Assembly: GCA_977016875.1 (NCBI GenBank)
Contig: CDRNST010000056.1
Coordinates: 806,001-870,000, forward strand
Length of the DNA: 64,000 nucleotides
From: Pavona decussata
Taxonomy: Eukaryota
Direction: 5' to 3'
The first letter of the stretch is position 1; the number at the start of each line of letters is the position of its first letter. Both the position numbers and the translations under genes were made by a program. The notes under the pieces were generated by a model. That model was not told the origin of the DNA. It did no database searches and saw nothing but the letters and a program-made list of their open reading frames with translations. Shown one piece after another: positions 25,207 to 38,754 of this stretch.

Positions 25207-27064
25207 TTGATATAAAAATGAATATCAAAAAGGGTCAGTAATGGTTAAAAAAACAGACCTTACAGGTATATAGCCCTTCTTCAGTGTTGAAGAAAACCAC
25301 TTTTCTTCAACATTGAAGAAGGGCTAGATACCCGAACAAGTCTTAACAACTACAAGTCTTACTTTGTCATCATGCTCCAGTATGTCCAAACCATGAGCTG
25401 AGATTCAATTGTGATAAATTGTGATAAATCTTTGAACTCTCCTTTAAAACCTTGTTTTGAGAACTGCTTCTTCCTTATGAATTTCAAAATATTTTCTAAT
25501 GAAATTATTGTAGAGGGGGCTGGGATATTTCCTAGAAATTTACCATGTAGTTCGAGAGGTAAGTACAATGTACATAGTGTGAATTCAAAGCATTACATTA
25601 AAAATGAGCTTTCAACTGGCTATTATGGCTGTCAAAAGCAATAGAGATCACCCCTGTACTCAAGATTGGAACATGACTCAAAGATAACAGATGCATGGTC
25701 TGCCTTAAGTTACATGTAGTTAAGAAGTGACTCTTTTCCTTTGGAGCCAGCTTTCTCAAAGCTCAATGACAGCCCTGCATTAGTCTTTTTCAAAGGTACA
25801 TGTAATAGCATAATAAAAGTATAGTAGCTTATTTTATGTTACACTTGCTTATATTTACCTGAATAAACAGTCCTCAATTTTTTTGTATTCCTTTATCTCA
25901 GGTGGCAAAGTGGGCTGCAGAAAATTCCTTGATGTTGGTGTTTCCATACCTGAAAAAAGACGCTACTACTATGGCAACTTTCGCCAGCGTTGTCGGCATT
26001 CAGCAGCCTTAAAGACGGCAGCTTATCAACTGCAACATGGAAAAGCTACTGAAATTGCACAGACCCAAGCAGATAGGCAGAAACTCCAGAGGGAAAGTGG
26101 AGTGAGCAGGGTCAGCATCCTCTTTACTCTCCACAAATTGTATGGATTTGATCCTTTGAATGACATGGTCATAGACAGAATGCACCTGTGCTTTAATCTA
26201 TTACAGAAGGAGTTCATAGACAAGATTTGGCCTGATCTTGGTGATAATGCAGCTGTTTCAGTCAATGAAAGGATTCCAACTGCAGGGGGCCTAATAGACC
26301 GGGGCAGTTTTGGAGAAGCTCTTGAAGCAGTCCAGTGGACCAGGGAGGAAGAGGCCAAAGGTGTTGGAAAATTGAAGAGTCTGACAGACAAACTGGGTAG
26401 CTGGAAATCAGATGAGTTTGTAAAGTAAATATATCAAACAATTTTAATTAATTAATTATTAAGGGCTGGATGTTTCTGCCAAAAAATAATTGTGCTTCAT
26501 TCTGTTAAAGGTTGTTGAATCCATTGATCCTTTTCATGGATAGAGCTAGCCTGTGCTGCAGGTGGCCTGTGTTGTGCAGGCTAGGATTGAGCTTGAAGTA
26601 ACATTGTAAATCTCTTGACAATGCACATTATGATTTGGATTTCATGTTAACTACATTGTCTCGAATCATGTATGATGTCTTCTTATTCTTGTGCCAAAAC
26701 GTGAAAATCGTTTACCTATAAATAATATTATAAAAACCCCTCAAAATCCTATGTCTACAAACATTCTTGGTGTAACACGTTCTAAAACAAAATGCGATAT
26801 TCTAAAACGACAAAAATTTGCAAAAAATTGAGTATTTTACCAAAACTGATTCCTACCTGTAAAATTTGAGGCAAATAGAGATACATTTTCCATAGTTAAA
26901 AGTACATGTTGCAAATTGTCATTAATTTGAACTTGGCCTGTATTGAATATGAAGACCTCCAGAAATATAAGTGAAAAACTCTTAACTTTTGCCATATGTT
27001 TGACAGGCTGACAAAAGAAAGCTAGTTTTTGACAAGTTATAGTTTTGTGTTGCTAACGCATTTT

Positions 27065-27460
27065 CTGTCGAAATACAACATATTTTTTTGAACAGTCGGT
27101 GAAAATTTTCATCGACATTTATCTGTATCTAAAAAGTAGTTTAGAAATTTTTGTACGCATCTTCCTAAAAAAAAAAGTCCGCCCGTCGATGGAAATTTCC
27201 ACCGACATGTTATAACCAGAGTAAAACATTTTCACCGTTTTTAGTAACAAATCCCGTTTTTAGTAACAAGCAATGGACATGTCGATGGAAATTTCCACCA
27301 ATATGTTTTTCACCGTTTTTAATAACAAACAGTGGATGTGTCGATGGAAATTTCCACAGACATGTTTTAACCAGAGTAAAAGATTTTCACTGTTTTTAGT
27401 AACCGGCAAACAGTGGACATGTTGGTTGGAAATTGCCACCGACATTTTTCTGTCGTGGTT
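27065..27460. repeat. Cluster of quasi-palindromic GTCGATGGAAATTTCCACCGAC repeats (probable subterminal repeats of a DNA transposon)
   Basis: At least 5 degenerate copies at ~27096, 27185, 27281, 27340 and 27421. Confidence 0.7.
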
Positions 27461-28935
27461 GAAAAATATGATACGCTCAGCTCTCCAATAGCAACAACGC
27501 AATGGCAAGTCACAATAAATGTCAAAAGATAACATTTACAGTTTACTATGGACCCTTTTATTGCATCATGACCATTATTTTCCATTGAAAGTAAAAGCAA
27601 GGGTATTTGATTTAAAATAGTGTAATCGATTTCTTTACGATAAAATGTGTAAAAACTTCCCTTAGCTTCTCAGCCAACGTACACTGTTCATTTTAATGAG
27701 AAGACGGGAAACAAACAAGAAAGAAAACTCCTAGAAGGCGGCAAATATAATAGGAATCCTGGGATATTTGCTAACAGTTTTATCTCCGCCTATACGGAGT
27801 GTTGCGTCACACAAAGTCCATTACAAGCCGTATCCTCATTCAGTTGACTAGTGCTTGCATTTAAAAGCTATCCGTCTATTTTTGTTTCATCTTGCTTCTG
27901 CAAATTGACTAGTCTTCTTCTGATCATCCTCCTCCATTCGTTATTCGTTTCCGCCACAATGCAGTTGAAATTCGTTAGTGCTACACAGGCCGCTGCCGCT
28001 GATCCTATCAGTAACAACAAAAACATATTTTTAATTCAGGTACTTTAATACAAGAGGAAGGAGTATAAGGCGAAATTCTGTTAAGAAAATAAACTACTTA
28101 ACAATGAAGGGTCAAAGGTATTCTTCATTTTTATTTTTGCCTGTTACACGTAAGTCTCCATAAAAGGGGTTGATACTATTAATTCATTTCTGAATTAAAA
28201 TTGAAATCTTTAAAAAAGAGAAATTTTTGCATTGATCTTTTTATAACACTCTTTGTAAATGATATCATAAAACAGCAAGAAAATATAACATGTCTGTCAT
28301 CTTGGATTTCAAAGACCCAAATGACCCCCAATGCACTCATTAAGAATCTTCTCATTCTTAAACTTACACAGCTGTGTGTCCGCGAGCAAGAAGTCAAAAG
28401 TATAAATTTATTTATACAAATTTTACATGTTGGTTATTAAATCGTCCAAGTATAGAATTTTAGTTTCCCTGATATCATCTTATTCAAGGCGTGCGAGGTC
28501 CAGTTCACACAATAGTGCAAGGGTGCTGGGCGTAAAAAAATATGAACAAGGGAACTGAGAATGAAAACACGGAGAAAAGATCAAGAGATTATGTTTACTG
28601 TATTAAGTATGTTAAGCACAGCGTATCTATCTCTTAGTTTGGTTGAGTATCAGTACCTGCGCCACTGCAGAGATCAAGAATCCAACAGCCTTCACAACCA
28701 TACAATGAAATAAGCCTCGTGTGAAGGGCAAGTGGCTTTTCCCTTGTAAACTTTCCAACGGAAGCATCCCGATCTTTAGTTGATGCCGAGGAGAAATAGA
28801 ACAAGTTCCTGGCACTTGAGCTGAGTTGATACTTGCCAATGTGACCCACGAGAAAGGGAAATAGCTCATTGATGAGGCTGTTTGACTCTATATATAAAAC
28901 AGTATTTATCATCGTTATCAACTCTATCATCCTAA

Positions 28936-29589
28936 GTTGCGCGAATTTCAGTACAAACTTCTAAACAGGTGTCTCGCCACGAACGTGTCCCTTAGTAAAA
29001 TCAGCATTGTAGCATCTCTGCTGTGTTCTTTCTGTGGTGTAATGGACGAATCCCTCGAACATTTTTTTGTATCTTGTTACTATACTGAGAAGTTTTGGGC
29101 AGAAGCTATAAAATGGTTAGGCGATCATGATGTTAGAATAGAATTGCTTTCTGTTAAAGACATAATGTTAGATATTTTAGTGTGTAAAGATGATCTGTTT
29201 ATCAATCACATACTGTTACTTGCAAAACGGCATATATACTCATCACGATGCAAAAAAGTCATACCATCTTTCAGAGTGTTCACTGCGAAGATTAAGTTGG
29301 TTTTCCAGCTTGAGACAACAATCGCCAGATCAAAAAATAAACTCCCCATCCATCTTGTAAAATGGGGCAAATACAATGAGGAGAACGAATCAAGTTAGCT
29401 TTATCTTTCCTTCAATATAAATCACTGTAATAATTTTAATTTACTTCATCTTTTCGCAAGAGATACGTTATGATAGTTTGCAATGTGTGTTTTGAGGTCC
29501 TTGTGTACAAATGTGTGTGTGTACAATTTAGTTTAAAAACAACTGTAATCCTATCACATTGAAATAAAAACTATTAAAATGCAAAAAAA
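28936..29589 (+). mobile_element. 5'-truncated L1/Tx1-type LINE (zf-RVT end, polyA) in an MTase intron
   Basis: REFQYKLLNR..CSFC...ESLEHFFVSC, then AATAAA and an A tail. A 16-bp TSD AACTCTATCATCCTAA lies at 28920-28935 and 29590-29605. Confidence 0.92.
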
Positions 29590-29684
29590 AACTCTATCAT
29601 CCTAATAATTGCTATTTAAAATATTTTTTCTTTTCTGATTGGCGCAAATCGTCCGTCTTGTTGTTCAATTACTTATTATTAAAT

Positions 29685-29685
29685 A

Positions 29686-29741
<56 letters not shown>

Positions 29742-29983
29742 TAAGTGATTAAGTGATAACATTCGAGTCCAACCCATGGACTAAGGGAGGCAAAGAGGGT
29801 TTCTACTTGATGGAGAGAACCCGCCTAAGAAGGTGGGCTGTAGAAAGAATTGTTATTTTCTGGAGTTCATAAAATGTTGATGTTGCCAGGGATTTTGGTG
29901 GTATAGTTTTCCATGTCCTTTCACGGATGGTGCCACGGGCTCCCAAAACCACCGGGACTGTTATTATTATTATTATTATTATT
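29685..29983 (-). mobile_element. R4/Dong-like non-LTR 3' fragment between (AAT)n and (ATT)n microsatellites
   Basis: VPVVLGARGTI...ELQKITILSTAHLLRRVL* resembles the C-terminus of RLE-type LINEs. It is flanked by TAA-type repeats. Confidence 0.6.
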
Positions 29984-29984
29984 T

Positions 29985-30307
29985 GAAACACAAGCAAGCG
30001 AAAATTAAAGTTAGTAGCCGACGTTTCGGCGTCATCGTGACACCATTCTCAAGGCAAAGTGGATGAATTAATGCGAAGATTTGATTTCTATACTTTACAG
30101 TCTCTACAAATTAGCATATTAACAAAGGATCACAAGTTCTTCAGGTGAATACCTTTGCGCGAATCGAGTCTGTTTGCAGGTTTAGGGATGGTTTAAGTTT
30201 TCTTATGAAAAGCATCTCCTTAATTAGGCAATCAAATTTGTTAGAAGATTTAGCTAGCACGTGAAATTGTATTCACCTGAAGAACTTGTGATCCTTTGTT
30301 AATATGC
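29985..30307 (-). mobile_element. Penelope-like remnant with inverted partial pLTR
   Basis: Minus strand KFDCLIKEMLFIRKLKPSLNLQTDSIRAKVFT* (GIY-YIG end). An inverted repeat of ~37 bp lies at 30115-30151 / 30269-30307, and CTTGAGAA...CCGAAAC at 30020-30054. Confidence 0.8.
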
Positions 30308-33300
30308 TTGATTTATATCCCAATCCTAAAAAAAGGCGAAAAGAAAATGTTTATAATCAGCCGCTAAATAATACCTTTTTATTGGAATTAAATTAATATC
30401 AACTCTTAAACATCAACTCTGTATACTTTAAGTACAATGACTTTTAAAAGTGTTGAAGATGACGCTTTCTCTTTTCTTTTCCTACTTTCTCTTGGTCTCA
30501 AGGCACACTGCGCTCACTTCAGTGCTGTCTCTTGCTGTGTTACTCTACAACCTGACTCGGTACTGTGTTGTGCAAATTATAACCACTTTCAGTCAAGCTA
30601 TACCGCCATATCATCATGAGATAGACGGGTCTAAGAATTATAGAAGGATCGACAGTTTTGGTACAAAAATGCAGAACATCATGAGGAGAGAGTCTTGTAG
30701 CGAAAATCAAATTATATTATTTACCTTTGAGAATTCCATGAAAATTTATGGAGAACCATTAAACAATGGGGCTTCTTGAACTATGTCTACGTTGTTCATT
30801 TTTTGAACGTCTATTGATGTTAAAATTACTGTTGTTTCCTTTCCATTTTTCCCCTTGATTTTCATCTCATTTGCCGATTGTTTCAATTCTGTTTTGTTGT
30901 TCCTCTCCTCCTCCCACCTTAAAGCCCTCCCAACGAAACTCGTCAAATCAGGAAGGCTTCAGGGTCCTCGAAAAGCTTGAAGTTTATCTTCTTCCACCCA
31001 CTCTGGGAATCTAAGAAGTGCAAGTTATTAACTTGAAGTCATCTTAAAAATAATAAAAACATACAGTAAACACCCGAATATAAGAACCAATTCAGTCTGA
31101 TAAATAATTAAAAACATGTTAAAATTATGTTTAAAAATAATGTGTATGCCAGGTATTCCTTGTTCTGAATTATGTTGGTATAATATTAAGCACCCGGTAA
31201 ATAGGAACTCATATCAGCCTGAACTCCAAAACGAGGTCTTATTACAGTCACTGTAATTAAGTAAAAAACGTATATTGTTATTTCTTAAATTTCTTAAATA
31301 TACAAATGAATAACTGATAATGAACTCCTTTCCACTTCTTGGAAGACCTACATTAATTTTATCCTTTTCATCTCACAATACGTTCTCTTTGTAAGACTTG
31401 TAAGGGTCAATAAAATGTCTGTTGATGTACGACTTGAGAGCATTGTTTGACGAAAAGTAGTTAAAAATTCTTATGTAATGAGCACAGAATATGTCGAAAA
31501 CTCCCTCTATCTCTCCCTCTCCCACTCTCTTTAATAAATGTAGCAGGGCATACCATTGTTGATTATCATCAATATCATTGTCTTTCTGTAAGTTAACTAA
31601 CCTCTCTGTAACTTTCACCCAGTCTTTGCATCCTGTTTTGGCAATGAACTGCCGTTGTACCTCCTTCACTTCTTTTATGTGGCTGGCCTCCTGTTTTAAC
31701 ACCACGAACGTCCGCTTACATCTTTCCACATCATCGAGGAGCTCCTAAATCTCCCCGAAGGCACTTAAAGTGATAGATGGGACAATCTACGGTATTCTTC
31801 ACACCTGCCTTCAAATCTTTAGTTTTAGCTCTTTGCCCTTTTATCCCCAATTTGCCATACTTTTGTAAAATTGAAAGCACTTTATCATATAATTCATTGG
31901 GCAAAGAACTTAGGAAAAATACTGTCTCCATTTTCTGTGCCTGCAATATGAAACAATCCACAATAAATGAAAAATTCATTTTGGTACTTACAGTGTATAG
32001 TGCATCGGACGTAGCTAAAAGAAAGTTATATATTACATGCAGGGTGTTTTGCCTTGTTGAAGTCACATCTGTGCACTTTTTCCGAAGACATATCCAAGCT
32101 TGAGCGTGAAGAAAGGCTACATTTCAGTTTGGTCTACTCAACACCAGCCAAGAGGGAAATGTTCTGATTTAAATCGATTTATTGATGTGCTCAATATTGT
32201 TTGTTAGGTTATAACATTTTGATAGTTAAGAAATAATGCCAATATTGAAAGGGAAGTCTCCTTGTCAACTTAAATTCTTACTTCATGACACGAGACGATT
32301 TTGGTAAGGAATTTAAGGTCGCCTCACATCATCAATACCATCTACTAGTAGGTGCTTTTCAAATCTGAAATCGCCGTTTTATTCCTACTACCTCCTATTC
32401 ATAATCAATATTCTCAATTTACGTTTAAAAGAATAACTTGACCGACCATCTCTTGTGTAGTCCGTTAATTAAGCTATTATAAATATCTACCCTTTTGCTT
32501 GCAACTGAAAATTTCGTAAGTTGTTTTAATCAAGGGAAGATGTTTACTTAAACGAAAGTTACGATCATGGATTTGATCATTTTTCTAGAAAATATTTCTT
32601 AACGCTCTAGGAAGTTGATTTGGTTGACTTTTTTAGTCGACATGGGCAAAGACTTAAGATTTGTCTTTTTACTCTATCTGTATAATTCTGGTTCCACAAT
32701 GAAGGTGGCTATACTTACATCTTCGCCAATAACCGAACTACAAGAATCCTTCCACTCCGCGCATTTTTGTCCGTTGTATTGGTCAGTCAAGAGTTGCTTG
32801 CATAGCATGATCTAGATTACAAAAATATCCCTGGTTAAAAAGATTCGGAAACAGGAAGATCTTAAAAGTGAGCTGTGTCGCGAAACTTCTCAAATTCGAC
32901 AGTGGGAGGGCTACCACCAAGTTGGACTGGTAAACGTACCTCCAAAGAACGGCTCAAACATTTAAAGAGGGTATAAACAACACAGCGAGTACAAAAGAGG
33001 GCACGGATTAACGAGTTTAAAGCGGATTACGGCAGATTGCAATTACGGCTTGTGAAAGTGTGTCAGCCTAACAGTTTTACAGTTCAGTTTCGTTATTTGT
33101 AATATATAATTGAAATAATGACTTGGGGTAGACATTTGTTTGACATGTCAACACTGTAAAAGTTGACTAGTTAAAACAACCAATTAAAATTGTCGCCAAG
33201 TGCATCTGAGAGAACCCTTTTTTTTAGTTGGTTTGACCAATTTAAAAAGGTTTAAATTAACTGGATTCTTTTGGTTTGAAATAACTAATTTTTCAGCATT

Positions 33301-33559
33301 GAAGCTATAGTAGCTTGCAATCAATGTGTTGACAGCACTTAAAATGTTGATTTTTTTGGAAACGGCAGACCACCATTCCTATGGCTGCCAACACCAGTGA
33401 CTGGATATCATGAACAGTTGCCCCTGTCGAAATGAGACGGGGTGCTGTTGTTGCCGCTATTTCATCTTCTGCACTCAAATCTGAGTCATTCTGCAACAAC
33501 AAAAAATGATTTGTTGTGACTGTAAATCCTGGACATTACTTACAATCACAAACTACAAA

Positions 33560-33735
33560 CAGCCATTTGTAACACAATATTATTCATCAGTGCCAAACTT
33601 AAAGGAAATCCTTAGCAAATGGCATTAATAGAGCAACAACCAAAGCTCAGAGAGATTTTTTAAAGGAACGGCCACTAATCTCATACAAGAGAGGGCGTTC
33701 CCTGAAAGACATACTCGTTAGAGCAACACTATAAC
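33560..33735 (+). mobile_element. Penelope-like ORF remnant
   Basis: Frameshifted PNLKEIL..KWH.IEQQPKLREIF..PLISYKRGRSLKDILVRATL*. Confidence 0.65.
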
Positions 33736-34939
33736 TGAACATGGCTAAAAATACACAAGTGGGAGTCGCACAGGCCTATCTTTATTCCTTTTCCCCCTGG
33801 CAATCAATACAAACACCATTACGCATAGCGGTGGCATTGCATTTTGATCAAAAGGGAAGAATCTCTTAATATACCAAAGGAAAATCGCTTTATGACACGC
33901 TTGTAAAAGCAAAACTGAAAAGGCTTTTATCAACACAACGGATGCACAGTGGGAGTCGCACAGATATGTAACTTCAACCCCATAGCCCACTTTGAAAATG
34001 AGTGATGGCCTGGGTCGAGAGTAACTGCCCTAGTGATTGTGGGATTGTTTGGGGGGATGATAATAATAAGCAACGTCCCCCAAACCTTCCCGCAATCGCT
34101 TGGGCATGTACTCTCAACCCAGACCATCACTCTTTTTCAAAGTGGGCTATTTAAACGTGATTCTTACATCTATCATCTGACGATAAATCACGGGCTATGA
34201 TTAAGCAAGTCGTCAAGAGATAATTTAGTGAGAGGGCTAAAATCCGGAAAGGAATGTGGCTGGAACGTGAGCAGCAGTTTGTGGGGAGGAGCATTTTTGA
34301 TAAGACACAGAACGGCTGCGAGGGAGACTAAGTTGAGTGAAGACTGCAGTAAAAGGAACAGTTCGCAAAGCTTTGAGTGCAAACTGTTAAAGGCCAATGT
34401 GATGATCAGGATTTTGTTTACATACTCAAACGTTGGTGCTACATTACACGTCTCCATTATTAAATTACCCAGGAAGTGAAAGGGTTAAGGTAATCCTCAT
34501 CAAAAAAATAAAAGTCTAATTTATTTTTAGAAACAATGTTTTATTTTTAGAAACAATGTGTGAAAATCAGAAAGGAAAATTTGTCTGGTAACATTAGGGC
34601 TAAAGGTCTGGAATTATAAAAATACTTACATGGCCTGTACCAACAGCATGGCAACATGCTCCCTCTCACTGAAGTGCAAAACTGGTGTCTGGGCCATTAT
34701 TGTTGTGCATAACTGATGAACAAGGGAATTTTGTTGTTCTGCCTGGCAAGAGGAAGCCCTTTGCTAAGCCTTGCTTAACATCAGGTTCCCACTATGTGTT
34801 GAAACAGACAAAACACAATCAGAATTCAAATAACAATTTATTTTTGGACACCTATCTTACTAACATACAAACAACATGCGGTTTTTCTTGATAAATAATA
34901 AAGTCCCGGTCTATTTGCCAGCCTGTCAGCTCATACAAC

Positions 34940-35870
34940 TCAAAGAAATGTCTTTTAGGTGGTGAACACTGTCACCAAATTTTTCAGTTAAAACTTCTTT
35001 ATTGTATAGCCTAGTGAATAAATATCAGTCAAAACATTTTGTGGTGAATCACCAGCTATCAGTTCAGGTTCCATGTGAGGATACCTTTTCAAATGTTTCT
35101 GCTTTTCCATTTTATTTGGTAATTTGTAAAATATTCCTTTGTGAAGAGGGCATGCTTTTCTAAAGTCAATGACAACAGCATTATAATGAAGACCTCTTAC
35201 ATCAACCATAACATTATTAGGCTTCATGTCATTATGAATAAAACCTGAAAGGTGAATTGCATGCAGCCCCTCAATCATTGTCAGTAATAAATGATCTGGT
35301 GAACATGATTCTAACCATTTCACTGATTTAAGTCTCCTGGAAAAGTCATCTAAAGTAACACTTTCCTTATTAATGCCAATAAATTCTCCATGCAAACTCC
35401 CAAAAACAGGGGAAAACTAGAGTGAGGAATAAGATTTAACATGGCTTTTGCTTCATTGATCAAGATGGATCTCACAAAACGCTCTTCGTTAAAAAAAATT
35501 TCAAACAGGCATCTATACCTTTATATTTACCCTTAAAGCAACTCCCAAATGTACCCTTTCCTAGAACATTGTCCTCTTCTACTTCAAGCAAATTTTTCGT
35601 AATAAATCATGGTTTTTGGAATGTCTACGTCCTTCAATGTACCGCTAGCAAAATATAGAAGTCTATTATTTTCTTCTTTTGTTTTCTTCCATTTATAAAA
35701 ATAGCCATTTGCTATTTGCTTGGTGATCTTACAGTTATTTTCAAAGTCAATTACTTTTTCTTTTACTTTCTTTGCTGCATTGGATTGCAAAAATGTTGAG
35801 AGTTTTTTTCGATTTATGTGATTCTTCCTTTGCCTACTTTTTCTCTTTTTCTTTCCACTCTTGGAGCACT
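34940..35870 (-). pseudogene. Intronless protein kinase pseudogene inside the CACTA element
   Basis: VLGKGTFGSCFKGKYKG..ACLK (35490-35575), EAKAML, HNDMKPNNVMV, IDFRKA (DFG mutated), HMEPEL and TDIYSLG. Several frameshifts. Confidence 0.88.
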
Positions 35871-37404
35871 GAAATGTTGACTGCAGGTTTCTTCTGAGTG
35901 GTGTTGCAGCTCAAATGTTCAGAATCAGGCAAGATATTGATTGGAATAGCAAATTAATTTTGAATTTGGTATCACTGATGGAAATTTATTCTATAAAAAT
36001 GTGAGCCAGGTAAAAAAAGAAAGCAAGAACCCGTAGGCTGCAGATTATAGCCCAAGCAAGGCTGACCCAAGGGACAACCTCAGCTAGGAAATTGTCAGTA
36101 GGCAAGCAATTAAGTCTTGCCTTGACAAAACTATGACTTCTGCTGGAGTTCAGCCTTTCAACCCTTATCACACTTTAGTTTTTATTCAAATTCACTGTAA
36201 GTCATGTACATAAATGTACACAATATCAAACAAAATAAAAATAACTTAAAAAACATTCAGTTCATTTATCAACAATTCAGTCCTCCAAGTAATTCAAAAT
36301 AAAAGATATAAACTGAATTCTCTTTTTTTGTGAGAAATATCCATTTGAGATCCTCTGGTCAATTTCGTTTTTCATGTTTTCTTAAGCATGACATATTTTA
36401 ATCAAAGTAAAACTGAACAAGCAAACTTGTGCACAAATTATTAAAAAAACCCTACATTGAATGTACCAAAAGAAAAAACAACAATCTACTGTGGTAATCA
36501 ATCAATTAGATTTTGAAGGATCTCGTGTTATCTTTCGCAACTGATGGTTTCCGATAAGTGTCCGGCAACAATCACCAATTTTTTTGGACCGCCAGATGGC
36601 AAGGGGACAAGCAAGGCATTCTTTAAGCACACAATTGCAAGGTGTATATGTGCAGTACGAAAACAAGAGAGCGACGCTTTTCTCAGTTGGGCGAAAACAA
36701 ACTTGACACAAAGTAATATGTGAATTTTTCTTCTCAGGTATTGTTGGTTCAACAGAATATAAAATGTGAAAAAAAAAGTTTCAGTGAATAACAATGATTG
36801 TGTTATGCAATGTCGGAAGGTTTCAAGCGGGGTTTCTTTCAACACATGCAAATTTAAGTACCGTTTTCAGCACGAAAGTACCTACCAAGCTTTCCGTGTC
36901 TTTATCGTTTCCCTTTTTTAATGATCAGCTGGCACTTTTCGAAGACTTTTCTTGTTTTCTCAACGGGCTGCCGAACACTATTGACATCAAAAGTCTGCAA
37001 AAAGAATACAAATAACAAAACAAGATAAATTAATACAGACATCACGATCGACTGACAAGTTAAATAGTTCAAACGCAATTAATCTGCAATAGATTTTCCA
37101 TGCTGTATCGCTTTTTTTCGAAGCATATTTCGAGGTTTATACATCACTGCATGATGACTTTTGGTCTGCTTGCAGCAATGTAACCAGGCATGGCTTTGTA
37201 ACCACGTAATAATGCGAGTAATGCCGCAGACCGCCATGCCCCAACGCTTTTAGGCGGGAACTTTTTTTTTACGATCTGTAATTCATCCATAGAGAGATTC
37301 TAAATATACAAGAAATAAAAGATCCTCTCTCGGAAAACTTCTCATTTTATGCATGTAAACGAAAACTTGAGTAACACTGGGAAGCCATTTACCACGTGCG
37401 TCAC

Positions 37405-37706
37405 CTCTGTCCATGCCACGATGAAACGTTTTCTTGTTTTCAGGTTCGGTATGATGGAATTGATCGTCAAATAATCCAACTCAAAGAAATCTTCTCCGTC
37501 TATTTCGTTAGCTACATTTGGGTCAAAACACGATAAAAGAGGCAATTATGAAATTTGCTGTTGTATGTACTACCCTCAAGAGGTGGACATCATTTGGATA
37601 TAGTTCAACTCGGCTTACCTTTGAATGCTTCTATCAGGTCATGAAACTCTCTTTCCTTTATGTCCTCCATGGTGGAATCTTTTGACAGATCAAGCACTGA
37701 TGCCAT
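37405..37706 (-). pseudogene. SAM-domain gene, first two exons (EnSpm accessory ORF); downstream exons decayed
   Basis: Exons 37706-37619 and 37511-37405 splice to ..FHDLIEAFKANEIDGEDFFELDYLTINSIIPNLKTRKRFIVAW, a canonical SAM pattern. Confidence 0.75.
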
Positions 37707-38754
37707 TGCAAAAACGGACGAAAAAACCTCTATCGACAGCGGAGAATGTTCACCGGATGGACGTTTCTCACAAACTGAAAGACTTGGCCAGTACAAGTCA
37801 TAAGAATGACATGTCACAAAAGGACTTTCATTATATATACATTACGTGACCAAACAGCATTATTTGATAACCAAAAGTTCATTGTTTTAAAAATAAAAGC
37901 GGTTTTCGTTAAAGTGTCATTTGGTTAATACCTAAGGAAATTCCAGAGATTGTGCGGTTTTTTGATAAAGCCGGTTTCTATTCAAAACTTAGCTTCAAAG
38001 CTCAAGGCCGAGATGTTCAACAAATCAGTAAAAGAATTGAAAAGTGTCACTACTAGCGCCGGTTCCCACGCTAACCTCATAATCACCGAATATCCCGGTC
38101 GGAGTGGAAAAAAAAAAAACTTTCAAGCACTGTGCCGACTGCAATCACCACTAGCGTTAGATCCGGCACACAGATTGGCTGAAATCCATCGCGCTAAAAT
38201 CATACATTAGGACGACTCAGTTCAGTGTAATCTTGTCAAGCAGCTAGGGACCGATGTTTATTGATCGCAAAAGCACTCAAACATATTAGGTTACGGAAAG
38301 CCACAGCCAAAGAAACGAACAGAGGAAGCGGCTGTATATTATTCGGATGCATTTATCTTACTAATCCTCTATTTACACCATTATCGCCAAGTGGGTTGCA
38401 TTGTGTATAAACAGAGCACTTATTTAGCTCTCACAGTCCTATTTCACTTATGAGAAGGACTAAATGTTATTTAAAAAAAACCCACTAGATCGTTTTCGAT
38501 GGTCAGGATCATTATCAGAGTTTGTTGGTGATCTTGATGATGGAAAACGTTCAGTATTTTTTTCAGTAACAGTAAATTTTTATTCATTTAGATATCATGT
38601 CTCAGTTACAACCAACCGGAATATTTCACTGATGTATATTGTAACTTCCGAATAGTAGTGTTAACAACGTGAATATCTTATCTTTGGCGGGAAAACCTTA
38701 GAAAAAGCGGGAAACCCGTCAGGACTATCTCACTAAACTACGGCTACGCGCGCT

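Larger units (their letters stand above)
22079..26424 (+). pseudogene. EnSpm/CACTA (Transposase_21-like) transposase, spliced, disabled and 3'-truncated
   Basis: Exons 22079-22103, 22490-23831 and 25902-26424. Motifs CFCPIC, EIWHG, FHEDGF, FLKPLMNDVVDLFING, GTADIKGH..G|GKVGC and YGFDPLNDMVIDRMH. Stops at 22958 and 23162 plus frameshifts. Confidence 0.8.

Noticed and set aside
28634-28930. Bacterial contamination as the source of the methyltransferase motif
   Set aside because: The motif is split by GT-AG introns, and one intron holds a LINE with a TSD.
32820-33150. ParB-like domain in the MTase gene
   Set aside because: It is expected by analogy, but no GGNH-type core was found in any frame I read.
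36502-36711. Cys-rich ORF as a zinc-finger gene
   Set aside because: There is no consistent ligand spacing or splice support. It may be a decayed exon of the SAM gene.
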